Assembly (NCBI GenBank): GCA_030550585.1 | Contig: JAUQPB010000005.1 | Coordinates: 36,962 to 100,961, forward strand | Origin: Thermoproteota archaeon | GTDB lineage: Archaea > Thermoproteota > Thermoprotei_A > Sulfolobales > Ignisphaeraceae | Length of the DNA: 64,000 nt | Reading direction: 5' to 3' | Part shown: positions 19,438-29,460 of the stretch, piece by piece | Layout: every line of letters begins with the position of its first letter | How positions within the stretch are numbered: the stretch's first letter is position 1 | Position numbers and translations under genes: made by a program | Notes under the pieces: generated by a model | Told to the model about the DNA's origin: nothing | Database searches by the model: none | What the model saw: the letters and a program-made list of their open reading frames with translations, nothing else

Positions 19438-20781
19438 TTAATCTAGTCTTGCAATGATGTAGAGCGAGGCGGCTAACGGCATCATAGATAGTGCGAAAGC
19501 TGGTATAAAGCCTTCGATGGCATCTAATATGACGAGAATGCTGAAGATTATTGCAATGGCTATAACCGTTATGCTTTTCGATCCCTCCTCCTGTTTTGGG
19601 GTAACCTTATACGGTATTCTAACCCCGATTAGCGAGGCTATTACATATGGTATGATAGCTATAGATGTTACTGTTGTTAGTGCCGAGGCTCTTCCAGATA
19701 CATATGGCATGTCATAGCCGCCATATTCTCTGTAGAATTTATACACATTTATCGACTCTATGGCTAGAGAGGCTAGGAATAGTATTAGAAGAGTCAAATC
19801 GGCAACTGTTATCTTCGAATGCTCTACAAGTGGCGAGATTCCGGCTAGGATGAACCCTATAGCCGATAAAACAGCTATTATTGGCTGGAGTATGTATAGC
19901 AAGGCCTCTAGCTTTACAATAGTTTTTGCCCTCGACTTTAGAATGTGTTTGCCGAACCTTTTAAGAACGTCTGTTGTTCCATAGGCCCACCTCTTCTGCT
20001 GAATTAGATAAGCCTCAACAGTTTTTGGAGCACCAACACACATAGGCTCTATAAGCCTTGGCATAACACCTTTCTCTAGAAGCTGTGTACCAAGCCAAAT
20101 ATCATCTTGTATAACATCGATTCTGTAAAGCCCTATATCAGCCAGTATATCCCTTCTAATCGCTGTGCCACTGCCGAGAGGATATATGAACAGCCCCTTC
20201 GAAAACTTGTTTTTGTAGTATAGCCAACTCCCATACTCTGTTAAGAAGGCTATTGTGCTAGAGGATCTGGTTGAGCCCTTGTCGCAGACTCTCCACCAAG
20301 AGATGCAAACATCTTTGCATTTCAGCATAGACTCTATAGCCTCTTTCGAGGGATAACCATCGACATCAATAACAGAGACTGTGCCTCCAATAGAGAATTT
20401 TATACCATCATTTATAGCCCCATTTCTACCACCAAAACCATTAAACCTCCTCATAACAAATATAGAATCCCACATCACCATATCCTCTAAAACATCGTAG
20501 AATGCCCCGCTATCAGAGTAGTCAGCTACTACAACACATTCAAACACCTCTCCAAGAGATTCGTGGAGTTGGTAGAAGTGCTTTGTATACTCTCTAACAA
20601 TATCTTTTGGCTCATTCTTTACGGGGGTTATAATCGAGAGAAACCCCTGCCCTCTATCCCTAGACATCGGTTCGCCAATTACAAGACGTTTTGAAGGTTT
20701 TGAAAGTATTGTGTGGTATATGCTGACAATTAATAGTGACAAGGATATCATGGCAAGCGAGATTGTAAATAACATGAGCAT
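19438..20781 (-). CDS. Membrane GT2 glycosyltransferase, cellulose-synthase-like
   Basis: DVD, QDD and QQKRW (QxxRW) motifs with flanking TM helices. Confidence 0.85.
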   Translation of the reverse strand: MLMLFTISLAMISLSLLIVSIYHTILSKPSKRLVIGEPMSRDRGQGFLSIITPVKNEPKDIVREYTKHFYQLHESLGEVFECVVVADYSDSGAFYDVLEDMVMWDSIFVMRRFNGFGGRNGAINDGIKFSIGGTVSVIDVDGYPSKEAIESMLKCKDVCISWWRVCDKGSTRSSSTIAFLTEYGSWLYYKNKFSKGLFIYPLGSGTAIRRDILADIGLYRIDVIQDDIWLGTQLLEKGVMPRLIEPMCVGAPKTVEAYLIQQKRWAYGTTDVLKRFGKHILKSRAKTIVKLEALLYILQPIIAVLSAIGFILAGISPLVEHSKITVADLTLLILFLASLAIESINVYKFYREYGGYDMPYVSGRASALTTVTSIAIIPYVIASLIGVRIPYKVTPKQEEGSKSITVIAIAIIFSILVILDAIEGFIPAFALSMMPLAASLYIIARLD

Positions 20782-20938
20782 TTACCCGCAGAGCCTAAAC
20801 ACTGTCACCACTTTGAAAGAGGGGGTCTAATAAACCTAGTATCCAATTGATCAACATCTCCATCAATTCAAGTCCACGCTTTTGGTCAAATACTTATAAA
20901 CTTGTGGTACTACAAGTAGGCTTGGGGTGCTACAAGCA

Positions 20939-22042
20939 ATGCTATTCGATCTACAGCCAAAAACAAGTAGGAGAGATCTATACGATTTTGATAGAGAGCT
21001 TGAAGAGCTGATTAAGAGTATCGAGTTGAATCCGCTAACAGTTGTTGTAGGCATTAGGAGATCTGGAAAGACATCTCTTCTGAGAGTTGCATTAAACGAG
21101 TGTGGCTATCCCTACATATATATAGACCCTAGATTCTATTCAGCACCTACATACAGAGATTTTGCATATATTTTAAGGAATTCTGTTGAAGATTTTCTGA
21201 GAAGATACGGTGGTGTGTATAGGAGGATTGTAGAGATTCTAAAGAATGTTAAGGGAATTTCAATAGATTTGCCAACTCTGTCTGTAGAGGTTAGCTGGAG
21301 AAGAGGTGAGAGGATGGAGATCGGGGAGCTGTTAATAGCTCTTGATAATCTGGCTAAGGATATTAAGAAGCCAATTGTTATAGCCATTGATGAGGCTCAA
21401 GAGCTTTCTAAAATTACTTGGATGCCAATTACAAGGCTATTCGCATATGCATATGACAATCTCAGGAATTTGAGAATTGTTTTGACAGGATCGGAGATAG
21501 GTGTTCTATTCAAGTTCCTGGGGATAGAGGACCCCAGCTCTCCTCTCTATGGAAGATACATACACGTGATTAAGACGAGGAGACTATCTAGAGAAGAGTC
21601 CATGGACTTTCTCGAAAAAGGCTTTTCCGAGTTAGGCATAAACATCCCCCACAACATTATTGAAAGAGCTGTAGATGAACTCGACGGCATTATAGGTTGG
21701 CTAACACTGTTTGGCTATACATGCTACCTAAACCCAGGCACCTGTGTAGAGAACATCGACAAGATTCTTGAGCAGGCTATTAAAATAGGTAGAGAAGAGC
21801 TGGAGAAGTTCCTATCAACAAGTAGAAGCACCAGATACAAAACATTGCTAAAAATCCTCACAACAGAGAGAAGGTGGAGCGAAATAAAAATGTTGTTAGA
21901 GACTGAAGAGAGCAGAACAATAAACGATAGAACCCTCTACGAACATCTAAAAAGATTGATAGATCTATCTATAGTTGAAAAGAAAAACGATTCATACATA
22001 ATATCAGACCCCATCCTGCGAAAAGCAGCCCAACTCCTCTAA
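20939..22042 (+). CDS. Archaeal P-loop ATPase (ATPase_2-like) with C-terminal wHTH
   Basis: LYDFDRELEEL, GIRRSGKTSL, IDEAQE, TGSE.G and LDGIIGWL. Confidence 0.88.
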   Translation: MLFDLQPKTSRRDLYDFDRELEELIKSIELNPLTVVVGIRRSGKTSLLRVALNECGYPYIYIDPRFYSAPTYRDFAYILRNSVEDFLRRYGGVYRRIVEILKNVKGISIDLPTLSVEVSWRRGERMEIGELLIALDNLAKDIKKPIVIAIDEAQELSKITWMPITRLFAYAYDNLRNLRIVLTGSEIGVLFKFLGIEDPSSPLYGRYIHVIKTRRLSREESMDFLEKGFSELGINIPHNIIERAVDELDGIIGWLTLFGYTCYLNPGTCVENIDKILEQAIKIGREELEKFLSTSRSTRYKTLLKILTTERRWSEIKMLLETEESRTINDRTLYEHLKRLIDLSIVEKKNDSYIISDPILRKAAQLL

Positions 22043-22464
22043 ACAATACAATGAATATCCATAGCAATGTCGAGCTCCATATCCTACAATCATGCAATGC
22101 GCAACCAGATATTAAAATTCTGCACTGCATGCACTAGCATTGGGAAGAGATTAGCCCATGAAACTGTTTTTATATGCTATTCTTCTACGCTATGGTGATG
22201 CTCATGCAAAGTTGCAGAATATGCAAAATAAAAACATGTTTAAACCTTATTAAATATTCTATGATTTGCTTATTTTGCAAAAAAACTTTTAAGCTAGGGC
22301 ATTGAAGTATGTAAAGGTGTCTTTAATTGTTTTGGTGTTGCCTATTGTATCAATAGAAAATGTATTTGAAAAAGAGTTTGAAAAATGTGGAAAAGAGATG
22401 GTGAAACAGCGGTTTCATAATCTCATAGAGTGTGGTAAACCTATCTACATGTTCTAGGGTGTAT

Positions 22465-23772
22465 ATGATGAAGGTGAATGTGTGGAACCCTAGTGTTGAG
22501 TTGTTGTCTAGGGATGAGCTTGATAAGATAAAGCTTCAGAGACTCAAGGAAGTTATCCACAGAGTATACAACAACAACCAATTCTACAGGAAAAAGATGA
22601 AAGAAAAAGGATTGAAACCAGAAGACATAAAAACATTAGAAGACATCAAAAAACTGCCATACACAACAAAAGAAGAGCTAAGGGAGCTTTATCCATACGG
22701 CGCTTCTGTGGTGCCCTTAGACAGCTTAGCTGAGGTTAGGGCTAGCAGTGGTACTACCGGAAAGCCAACTGTAACCCTATACACTATGAAGGACATTGAG
22801 AATTGGAGTGAGGTTATGGCTAGAAGCCTTGTTGCAACCAATATTGTTAAAGGCGATATACTTCTAATTGCATATAACTACCACATGTTTACAGGTGGCT
22901 TCGGTTTTCACTATGGAGCTTTGAAAGTCGGTGTAACAGCAATACCAGCTGGCGTAGGTTTTACACAGAGACAGGTAATGTTGATAAAGGATCTTGGTGT
23001 AACAGCAATTACTAGTGTTCCTAACTATGCTATTAGGTTGGCTGAGGTTGCTTTTGAGATGGGTGTAGACCCTGCTAGAGATACTAGGGTTAGGAAAGGC
23101 GTTTTCGGAGCTGCTCCGTGGAGCGAGGAGATGAGGAGGAGAATTGAGAAGATATGGGATATGCAAGCATACGATATGTACGGCTTGAGCGAGTTGTGGG
23201 GCCCTGGGGTAGCGATAGAGTGTGTATATAAGAGTGGTCTTCATGTTTGGGAGGATCACTTTATTGTTGAGGTTGTTGATCCGAAGACTGGTGAGCCTGT
23301 AGATGTTGAGGAGAAGGGGGAGCTAGTATTCACAACACTAACAAAAGATGCAATGCCACTAATAAGATATAGAACAAGAGACATATCGAGAATACTAGAC
23401 GAAAACAAATGCCAATGCGGAAGAACACACACAAAAATAGACAGAATACAAGGAAGAACAGACGACATGTTCATAATAAACGGGGTGAATGTATGGCCCT
23501 CTGCTGTTGAGGAGGTTCTTCTCAAAGAGCCTCTTGTAGCTCCCTACTACCAGATTGTTATAGATAGGGTTGATGCATTAGATAGGATGACTGTTTTCGT
23601 TGAATCGAGAACAAAGCTTGGCGAAAACGATAAAATTGCTTTAGCTAAGAAGCTTGAGTATGAGTTGAAGGAGGTTATATTGGTTACGCCAAGGGTTGAG
23701 GTTGTCGACCCTGGGACGCTACCCAGATTCGATGGAAAGCCAAGGGTAGTTGTTGATAAAAGGGCGTTGTAG
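22465..23772 (+). CDS. paaK: Phenylacetate-CoA ligase family protein, copy 1
   Basis: SSGTTGKP, FTGGFG.HYG, YGLSE..GPG, PLIRYRTRD and GRTDDM...GVN. Confidence 0.9.
   Translation: MMKVNVWNPSVELLSRDELDKIKLQRLKEVIHRVYNNNQFYRKKMKEKGLKPEDIKTLEDIKKLPYTTKEELRELYPYGASVVPLDSLAEVRASSGTTGKPTVTLYTMKDIENWSEVMARSLVATNIVKGDILLIAYNYHMFTGGFGFHYGALKVGVTAIPAGVGFTQRQVMLIKDLGVTAITSVPNYAIRLAEVAFEMGVDPARDTRVRKGVFGAAPWSEEMRRRIEKIWDMQAYDMYGLSELWGPGVAIECVYKSGLHVWEDHFIVEVVDPKTGEPVDVEEKGELVFTTLTKDAMPLIRYRTRDISRILDENKCQCGRTHTKIDRIQGRTDDMFIINGVNVWPSAVEEVLLKEPLVAPYYQIVIDRVDALDRMTVFVESRTKLGENDKIALAKKLEYELKEVILVTPRVEVVDPGTLPRFDGKPRVVVDKRAL
22486..23739 (+). repeat. Four blocks identical (inverted) to paaK copy 2: 22486-22686, 23023-23113, 23236-23486, 23670-23739
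   Basis: Read against the reverse complement of 29209-29009, 28672-28582, 28459-28209 and 28025-27956; lengths 201, 91, 251 and 70 bp, no mismatch seen. Confidence 0.92.
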
Positions 23773-23774
23773 CT

Positions 23775-25631
23775 TTGCCAAAGAGAAAGACTATTCTTGG
23801 AGAGCCCAACTCGATAGCGTTTCTACTTGGTAACGAGGCTATAGCTAGAGGAGCCATAGAGTATGGCATTGGTGTTGCAGCAGCATATCCGGGAACACCG
23901 TCAAGCGAAATTGTAGAGTCTTTGGCTAGTGTCGCCAGCGATCTGGGGATATATGTCGAGTGGAGTGTAAACGAGAAAACAGCTTTTGAATTGGCATACG
24001 CTGCTGCAATGAGTGGTGTACCAAGCTTAACAGCTATGAAGCATGTTGGTCTAAATGTAGCTGCCGACCCCTTGATGACAAGTGCTTATACAGGTGTCAA
24101 GGCGGGTTTCATAATTGTTACAGCCGATGATCCCTATATGCATAGTAGCCAAAACGAGCAGGACAACAGATGGGTTGGTCTACATGCCTATATACCGGTT
24201 TTAGAGCCTGCCAACCCCCAAGAGGCAAAGGATCTGACATATCTTGGGCTGGAATACTCTGAGAAGCTGGGTCATCCAATAATACTTAGAAGTGTTACTA
24301 GAGTGAGTCACGCTAGGGGGCTGGTCAGACTAGGCCCCTTAAGACCCCCTAGAACGGTAGGTTCTTTCCCTAGAGAGCCACAGAAATGGGCTGTTGTGCC
24401 GGCACATGCAAGGAAGATGAAAATAGATGTTCTGAGGAGATGGAGAGAAATCGAGGATGTCTTTGCAGAGTTTCCATACAACAAAATCGATGATAGCAAC
24501 TCAAATATACTTATTGTAGCTTCTGGCATTGGATACCCGTATGCTAAAGACGCTCTCAAAATTGTTGGTGTAAAAGCAAAGATTTTGAAAGTGTCCACGC
24601 CAGTACCCCTGCCAAGAAAACTAGTTGAAAAGGCTGTGAATGGCATTGAGAAGATTCTGGTTGTTGAAGAAACCGATCCTGTTGTCGAAATGCAGCTAAA
24701 GTCTATTCTATTCGATTTACATATCGATGTAGAGGTTCATGGAGCTGACTATCTTGGTAGAAAAGGAGAGCTAACAATAGATAGAGTTGCAGAGGCAATA
24801 GCAAAAATAGCTGGTGTAAGCTGGAGTCCTCCAAAACCAATTGAGGTACCTATCAATGTTCCTCCTAGAAAGCCCATTCTATGTCCTGGATGCCCCCACA
24901 GAGCAACGTTCTATGCCTTGATAATGGCAGCTAGAGAGCTTGGTGTAGACCCTATATACAGTGGTGATATAGGTTGCTATAGCCTTGGCATCGACCCCCC
25001 ATTCAATGCACAAGATACGATAACCAACATGGGTGGAAGCATAGGTCTTGCAAACGGCTTCTCACATACTGTAAAGAACAGACCGGTGGTTGCAATTCTA
25101 GGAGATTCAACATTCTTTCATGCTGGGTTGCCACCCCTGCTAAATGCTGTCTATAACAGAGCACCAATGCTTGTACTTGTGCTAGATAATGAGACTACTG
25201 CTATGACCGGGTTCCAGCCCCATCCCGGAACAGGCTTGACGGCTATGGGAGGAAAGGGTAGGAAGATATTGATAGAAGAGGTTGCAAAGGCTATGGGGGC
25301 CGACTATGTGGATGTTTTCGATCCATATGATGTTAGAAAAGCTATAGAGTCCATTAAAACTGGGCTCAAGGTTGCTATGGATGGTGGCGTAGCTGTTTTG
25401 GTTGCTAGAAGAGTCTGCTCGTTGCTAGCAGCAAGGCTGGGCTTGGCAAGAGATAGGTATTTTATTGATAGCAACAGATGTGTTGGTTGTAGCGTTTGTA
25501 CAAATATATTAGCTTGCCCAGCTATAGTTATCGGAGAAGACAATAAACCACGTATAATAGAATCGCTCTGTAGTGGATGTGGCGTATGCGCCCAGATATG
25601 CCCATTCCAAGCAATAACAAAGAGAGGGTAA
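23775..25631 (+). CDS. iorA: Indolepyruvate:ferredoxin oxidoreductase alpha subunit
   Basis: LLGNEAIARG, YPGTPSSE, KHVGLNVAADP, SSQNEQD, CPGCPHR, GDIGCY, GDSTFFH and two C-terminal 4Fe-4S motifs. Confidence 0.95.
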   Translation: MPKRKTILGEPNSIAFLLGNEAIARGAIEYGIGVAAAYPGTPSSEIVESLASVASDLGIYVEWSVNEKTAFELAYAAAMSGVPSLTAMKHVGLNVAADPLMTSAYTGVKAGFIIVTADDPYMHSSQNEQDNRWVGLHAYIPVLEPANPQEAKDLTYLGLEYSEKLGHPIILRSVTRVSHARGLVRLGPLRPPRTVGSFPREPQKWAVVPAHARKMKIDVLRRWREIEDVFAEFPYNKIDDSNSNILIVASGIGYPYAKDALKIVGVKAKILKVSTPVPLPRKLVEKAVNGIEKILVVEETDPVVEMQLKSILFDLHIDVEVHGADYLGRKGELTIDRVAEAIAKIAGVSWSPPKPIEVPINVPPRKPILCPGCPHRATFYALIMAARELGVDPIYSGDIGCYSLGIDPPFNAQDTITNMGGSIGLANGFSHTVKNRPVVAILGDSTFFHAGLPPLLNAVYNRAPMLVLVLDNETTAMTGFQPHPGTGLTAMGGKGRKILIEEVAKAMGADYVDVFDPYDVRKAIESIKTGLKVAMDGGVAVLVARRVCSLLAARLGLARDRYFIDSNRCVGCSVCTNILACPAIVIGEDNKPRIIESLCSGCGVCAQICPFQAITKRG

Positions 25632-26245
25632 AGATAGAAGCTGTTTTTACTGGCGTTGGAGGACAAGGAATAATCACTATGGGCACTATCCTAGGTGTTG
25701 CATGCAGTAAAATAGGCTTGAATATAATAACAGCTGAAACACATGGAATGTCTCAGAGAATGGGCATGGTGGACTTCTTTGTTAGAATTGGAGATGTTGA
25801 AGCACCTCTAGTCCCACAGGCATCGGCAGATATAGTAGTGTCTTTAGAGATGATTGAAGCGCTAAGATCTGTTAGACATCTAAAGAGATGCGGATGGCTA
25901 TTGGTCGCAGATATATATATACCTCCACCATATGTAGAGAATGTTCCATCGAGAAAAGATATAGTTACTGTGCTAGAGAGGCTGCCAATAAACTCTATTC
26001 TAATCAATGTAGAGGAAATAGTAGAAAAACTGAATGATAGCCGCGTTGTTAACATGGCAATGCTAGGAGCCTTCATGGCCATAGAGGATGTATCGAAGAT
26101 AATACCAGTTACACTGGTTGAAGATGTTGTTGAAGAAAGGCTCGGCCCAATAAATAGAGAGGCGTTTGGAATGGGGTATAAGCAGGCTGTGAAAAAGATA
26201 AAAGATGGGGATCTCATTTCGAGATGTGCAAAAACTAATGTGTGA
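25628..26245 (+). CDS. iorB: Indolepyruvate:ferredoxin oxidoreductase beta subunit; start codon uncertain (GTA/ATA)
   Basis: GVGGQG, AETHGMSQR.G, LE..EALR and NM.MLGA; follows iorA directly. Confidence 0.9.
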   Translation, partial: VKIEAVFTGVGGQGIITMGTILGVACSKIGLNIITAETHGMSQRMGMVDFFVRIGDVEAPLVPQASADIVVSLEMIEALRSVRHLKRCGWLLVADIYIPPPYVENVPSRKDIVTVLERLPINSILINVEEIVEKLNDSRVVNMAMLGAFMAIEDVSKIIPVTLVEDVVEERLGPINREAFGMGYKQAVKKIKDGDLISRCAKTNV

Positions 26246-26291
26246 ATACATTGATAATGTGTTTTTGAGGTGTTGCACACAAAATTTCATT

Positions 26292-27782
26292 TCATCTTGA
26301 TCTAGATACTATGCCATCCCTTCTTAGCATGCTCAATCCAACAAATGATGCTAATGAGATTGTTGCAGCTGGTATTGTTGGATGAATCCATGTGGTTCTG
26401 TACATATATATGTACCAGATTATTCCTGTGACAGCTCCTGCAATCATAGATGCTACAGCCCCCTCTTTACTTGATTTTCTCCAGTAAAGTCCTAGAATCA
26501 CTGGTCCAATGAAACACGCAAAGATCGTTCCAAATGATGCACTAACAATGTCTATAATCAGCTTGTTGTCTATTAAAGCTATTGGTAGTGGTAACAAAGC
26601 GAAAACAGCTACAGTAACTTTGGATAAGCGTATCAATGTTTCCTCCTCTAGGCTTCTGTTAAGCAAGACTATATCTCTTATAACTGTATTCGAAATTGCA
26701 AGCACGGTTGCAGCTATTGTGGATAGCGATGCTGCTATTGGTGCTGAGAGTATTAGTCCTCTAATACCTTCGGGCACTATCAGCATCACCATATTGGGTA
26801 TAACCCAGTCGCTATCTTTCATCAGTTGCGAAATTTGTTGTGGACTTAGGTGGGGATCTAATATTAGATGTGCGTATATCCCAAGTGAGAATACTAGCAT
26901 AGCATACAATGATATAAGTATAGGTCCTATGATCCTCCCTCTCGAAATAGCTCTAGAATCTTTAGCCGCATAAAACTGGAACAACAAATTGGGCAAGGCT
27001 ATTTGAGCCATGCCTATAGAGAATGTTACGCTCATTATCAGTGTTGGCACCAGTCCTTTTTCCATTGCTGGCGGAGGTCCCATACCATCCAGTCTCAACC
27101 ATAGCGCGCCTGGTTTGCCGAGTATCGTCATGTTCGAGATTTTCAACAGGCCATTGATAGGCCCTCCAACACTGCCCATAACGTATGTGAATGTTAGGGC
27201 GGCTGCAATGAGCATTAAGGAGCCTAGAAACAGGTTATTGATGACAGCGCTCCTCATCCCTCCTAACATAAGATATACTATAACCGGAAGCGCCATGATC
27301 AACAACGCGTAGCCATATCCTATCCCCAGTTGCGTAGCCAGCACTATTGCCCCTCCCTTGTAGACCCCGGCGAGATAAAACGTGAATAGAGTTGCTATAA
27401 CTGTTGACGCTATCATTCTCGCCAGCGTGCTATCATATAGATTGCCTATCAATTCTGGTATGCTTGCCGATTTCGTCTTCACTACATACTCATAGAGCTT
27501 GTCTGCAACAAGCATCCAGAGCAACACAGCCCCTATAACGTGCCACGCTATTAACCAAGCTCCAAAGCCCAGGTTGTATAGATATGTTGCCCCGCCTCCG
27601 CTTAGAAACGATGCAGCACTAAAGTATGTTGCCATTATCGAGAATGATAGAAGCCATGGCCCCAGCGTTTTATTTGCAAACATAAACCCCATGAATGATT
27701 TGCTAGCTCTATAGCCTGCAAACCCAATGACTATAGTCAATACCATTACAGCAATCATAATTATTGAATCTATAGAGGTCAT
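26292..27782 (-). CDS. Sodium:solute symporter (SSS/ActP-PanF-like)
   Basis: S..ATYFSAASFL.G, AASLST and GLYWRK.SK.GA..SM; about 13 TM helices. Confidence 0.9.
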   Translation of the reverse strand: MTSIDSIIMIAVMVLTIVIGFAGYRASKSFMGFMFANKTLGPWLLSFSIMATYFSAASFLSGGGATYLYNLGFGAWLIAWHVIGAVLLWMLVADKLYEYVVKTKSASIPELIGNLYDSTLARMIASTVIATLFTFYLAGVYKGGAIVLATQLGIGYGYALLIMALPVIVYLMLGGMRSAVINNLFLGSLMLIAAALTFTYVMGSVGGPINGLLKISNMTILGKPGALWLRLDGMGPPPAMEKGLVPTLIMSVTFSIGMAQIALPNLLFQFYAAKDSRAISRGRIIGPILISLYAMLVFSLGIYAHLILDPHLSPQQISQLMKDSDWVIPNMVMLIVPEGIRGLILSAPIAASLSTIAATVLAISNTVIRDIVLLNRSLEEETLIRLSKVTVAVFALLPLPIALIDNKLIIDIVSASFGTIFACFIGPVILGLYWRKSSKEGAVASMIAGAVTGIIWYIYMYRTTWIHPTIPAATISLASFVGLSMLRRDGIVSRSR

Positions 27783-27895
27783 AAAGTCTTTGCACCCTTC
27801 TCGCTACGATCCTTATACACAGCATAGAAAAAGCCAATAACCAAAACTATGAGCGATATAGCATAGCCTAAGATAATAAGGGGATCTATATCCAT
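27779..27895 (-). CDS. Small single-TM accessory protein of the SSS transporter (38 aa)
   Basis: Manual translation MDIDPLIILGYAISLIVLVIGFFYAVYKDRSEKGAKTL; its stop overlaps the symporter ATG (ATGA); below the ORF-track cutoff. Confidence 0.75.
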   Translation of the reverse strand: MDIDPLIILGYAISLIVLVIGFFYAVYKDRSEKGAKTL

Positions 27896-27922
27896 AGAGT
27901 TCAGCCCCTTTCTAAAGTTTGG

Positions 27923-29230
27923 CTATTCCTCAGACTTGATCACAACCCTTTTTGCCTTTCCATCGAATCTGGGTAGCGTCCCAGGGTCGACAACCTCAAC
28001 CCTTGGCGTAACCAATATAACCTCCCTCAGCTGTTTTTCAAGATCCTTAGAAAGCATCATCTTTTCTGCTTCACTAAGTTTTTTGGAGGTCTCTACCACT
28101 ATGGTTAAAATATCTCCTGAAGGTCTCTTGCTAATTACTATCTGATACTCGTTGCCTACAAGCTTGCTTTGCATTAGCACATTTTCAATTGCTTGTGGAT
28201 ATATGTTAACCCCGTTTATTATGAACATGTCGTCTGTTCTTCCTTGTATTCTGTCTATTTTTGTGTGTGTTCTTCCGCATTGGCATTTGTTTTCGTCTAG
28301 TATTCTCGATATGTCTCTTGTTCTATATCTTATTAGTGGCATTGCATCTTTTGTTAGTGTTGTGAATACTAGCTCCCCCTTCTCCTCAACATCTACAGGC
28401 TCACCAGTCTTCGGATCAACAACCTCAACAATAAAGTGATCCTCCCAAACATGAAGACCGTTGTGATACTGACAATCGATTGCCGCTCCAGGCCCGTAAA
28501 GCTCTGCCATGCCATAAATATCAAATGTCTCCATGTTCCATATCTCTTCGATTTTCTTTCTCAGAGAATCACTCCACATTTCAGCTCCGAAAACGCCTTT
28601 CCTAACCCTAGTATCTCTAGCAGGGTCTACACCCATCTCAAAAGCAACCTCAGCCAACCTAATAGCATAGTTTGCTATTCCAGCAAGCATAGTCGTGCCA
28701 AGCTTGATCATCGTATATATCTGCCTCTTCGAAAATCCTGGCCCTGTCGGAATTATTGTTGCCCCTATTCTTCTCGCCCCATAGAAAAATCCAAAGCCAC
28801 CTGTAAACAAACTGAAGCTTGGCGTAATTTGGAGAACATCCCTCTTTGTAAGCCCTGCAGCCGCTAGGCTTCTAGCCATTATCTCGCTCCAGTTCTCAAT
28901 ATCCTTAATCGTATAGTACATGAATATTGGCTCGCCAGTTGTACCAGATGTTGCGTGAACCTCTACAACATTTTGATATTCTGTCACCAGAAAGCCGAAT
29001 GGCATATTCTCCCTTAGCTCTTCTTTTGTTGTGTATGGCAGTTTTTTGATGTCTTCTAATGTTTTTATGTCTTCTGGTTTCAATCCTTTTTCTTTCATCT
29101 TTTTCCTGTAGAATTGGTTGTTGTTGTATACTCTGTGGATAACTTCCTTGAGTCTCTGAAGCTTTATCTTATCAAGCTCATCCCTAGACAACAACTCAAC
29201 ACTAGGGTTGTAGATCCAGCTATCAGGCAT
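27923..29230 (-). CDS. paaK: Phenylacetate-CoA ligase family protein, copy 2
   Basis: HATSGTTGEP, FTGGFG, GAEMW, YGMAE.YGPG, PLIRYRTRD and C-terminal GKAKRV. Confidence 0.9.
   Translation of the reverse strand: MPDSWIYNPSVELLSRDELDKIKLQRLKEVIHRVYNNNQFYRKKMKEKGLKPEDIKTLEDIKKLPYTTKEELRENMPFGFLVTEYQNVVEVHATSGTTGEPIFMYYTIKDIENWSEIMARSLAAAGLTKRDVLQITPSFSLFTGGFGFFYGARRIGATIIPTGPGFSKRQIYTMIKLGTTMLAGIANYAIRLAEVAFEMGVDPARDTRVRKGVFGAEMWSDSLRKKIEEIWNMETFDIYGMAELYGPGAAIDCQYHNGLHVWEDHFIVEVVDPKTGEPVDVEEKGELVFTTLTKDAMPLIRYRTRDISRILDENKCQCGRTHTKIDRIQGRTDDMFIINGVNIYPQAIENVLMQSKLVGNEYQIVISKRPSGDILTIVVETSKKLSEAEKMMLSKDLEKQLREVILVTPRVEVVDPGTLPRFDGKAKRVVIKSEE
27956..29209 (-). repeat. Partner copies of the four identical blocks shared with paaK copy 1
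   Basis: See the repeat feature at 22486..23739. Confidence 0.92.
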
Positions 29231-29460
29231 TTGAGAACACCTTGAGAATGTATCTTGGTTTATCGACAAGTTGATTACTGTTATCCTCAAAGCCTGATAC
29301 TACTTTAACACTGTTTTCCTCAATTGGTTCATAAAATCTGTTTGTATACTTTATCTCCATTGGCGCATAATTTCACCGAAGGAGTATGTATCTGTTTGGA
29401 GGGGTTTAAAAATGTTTTGTTACCATTGATCGCAATATATCATTGCAGACTGTTTACGGG

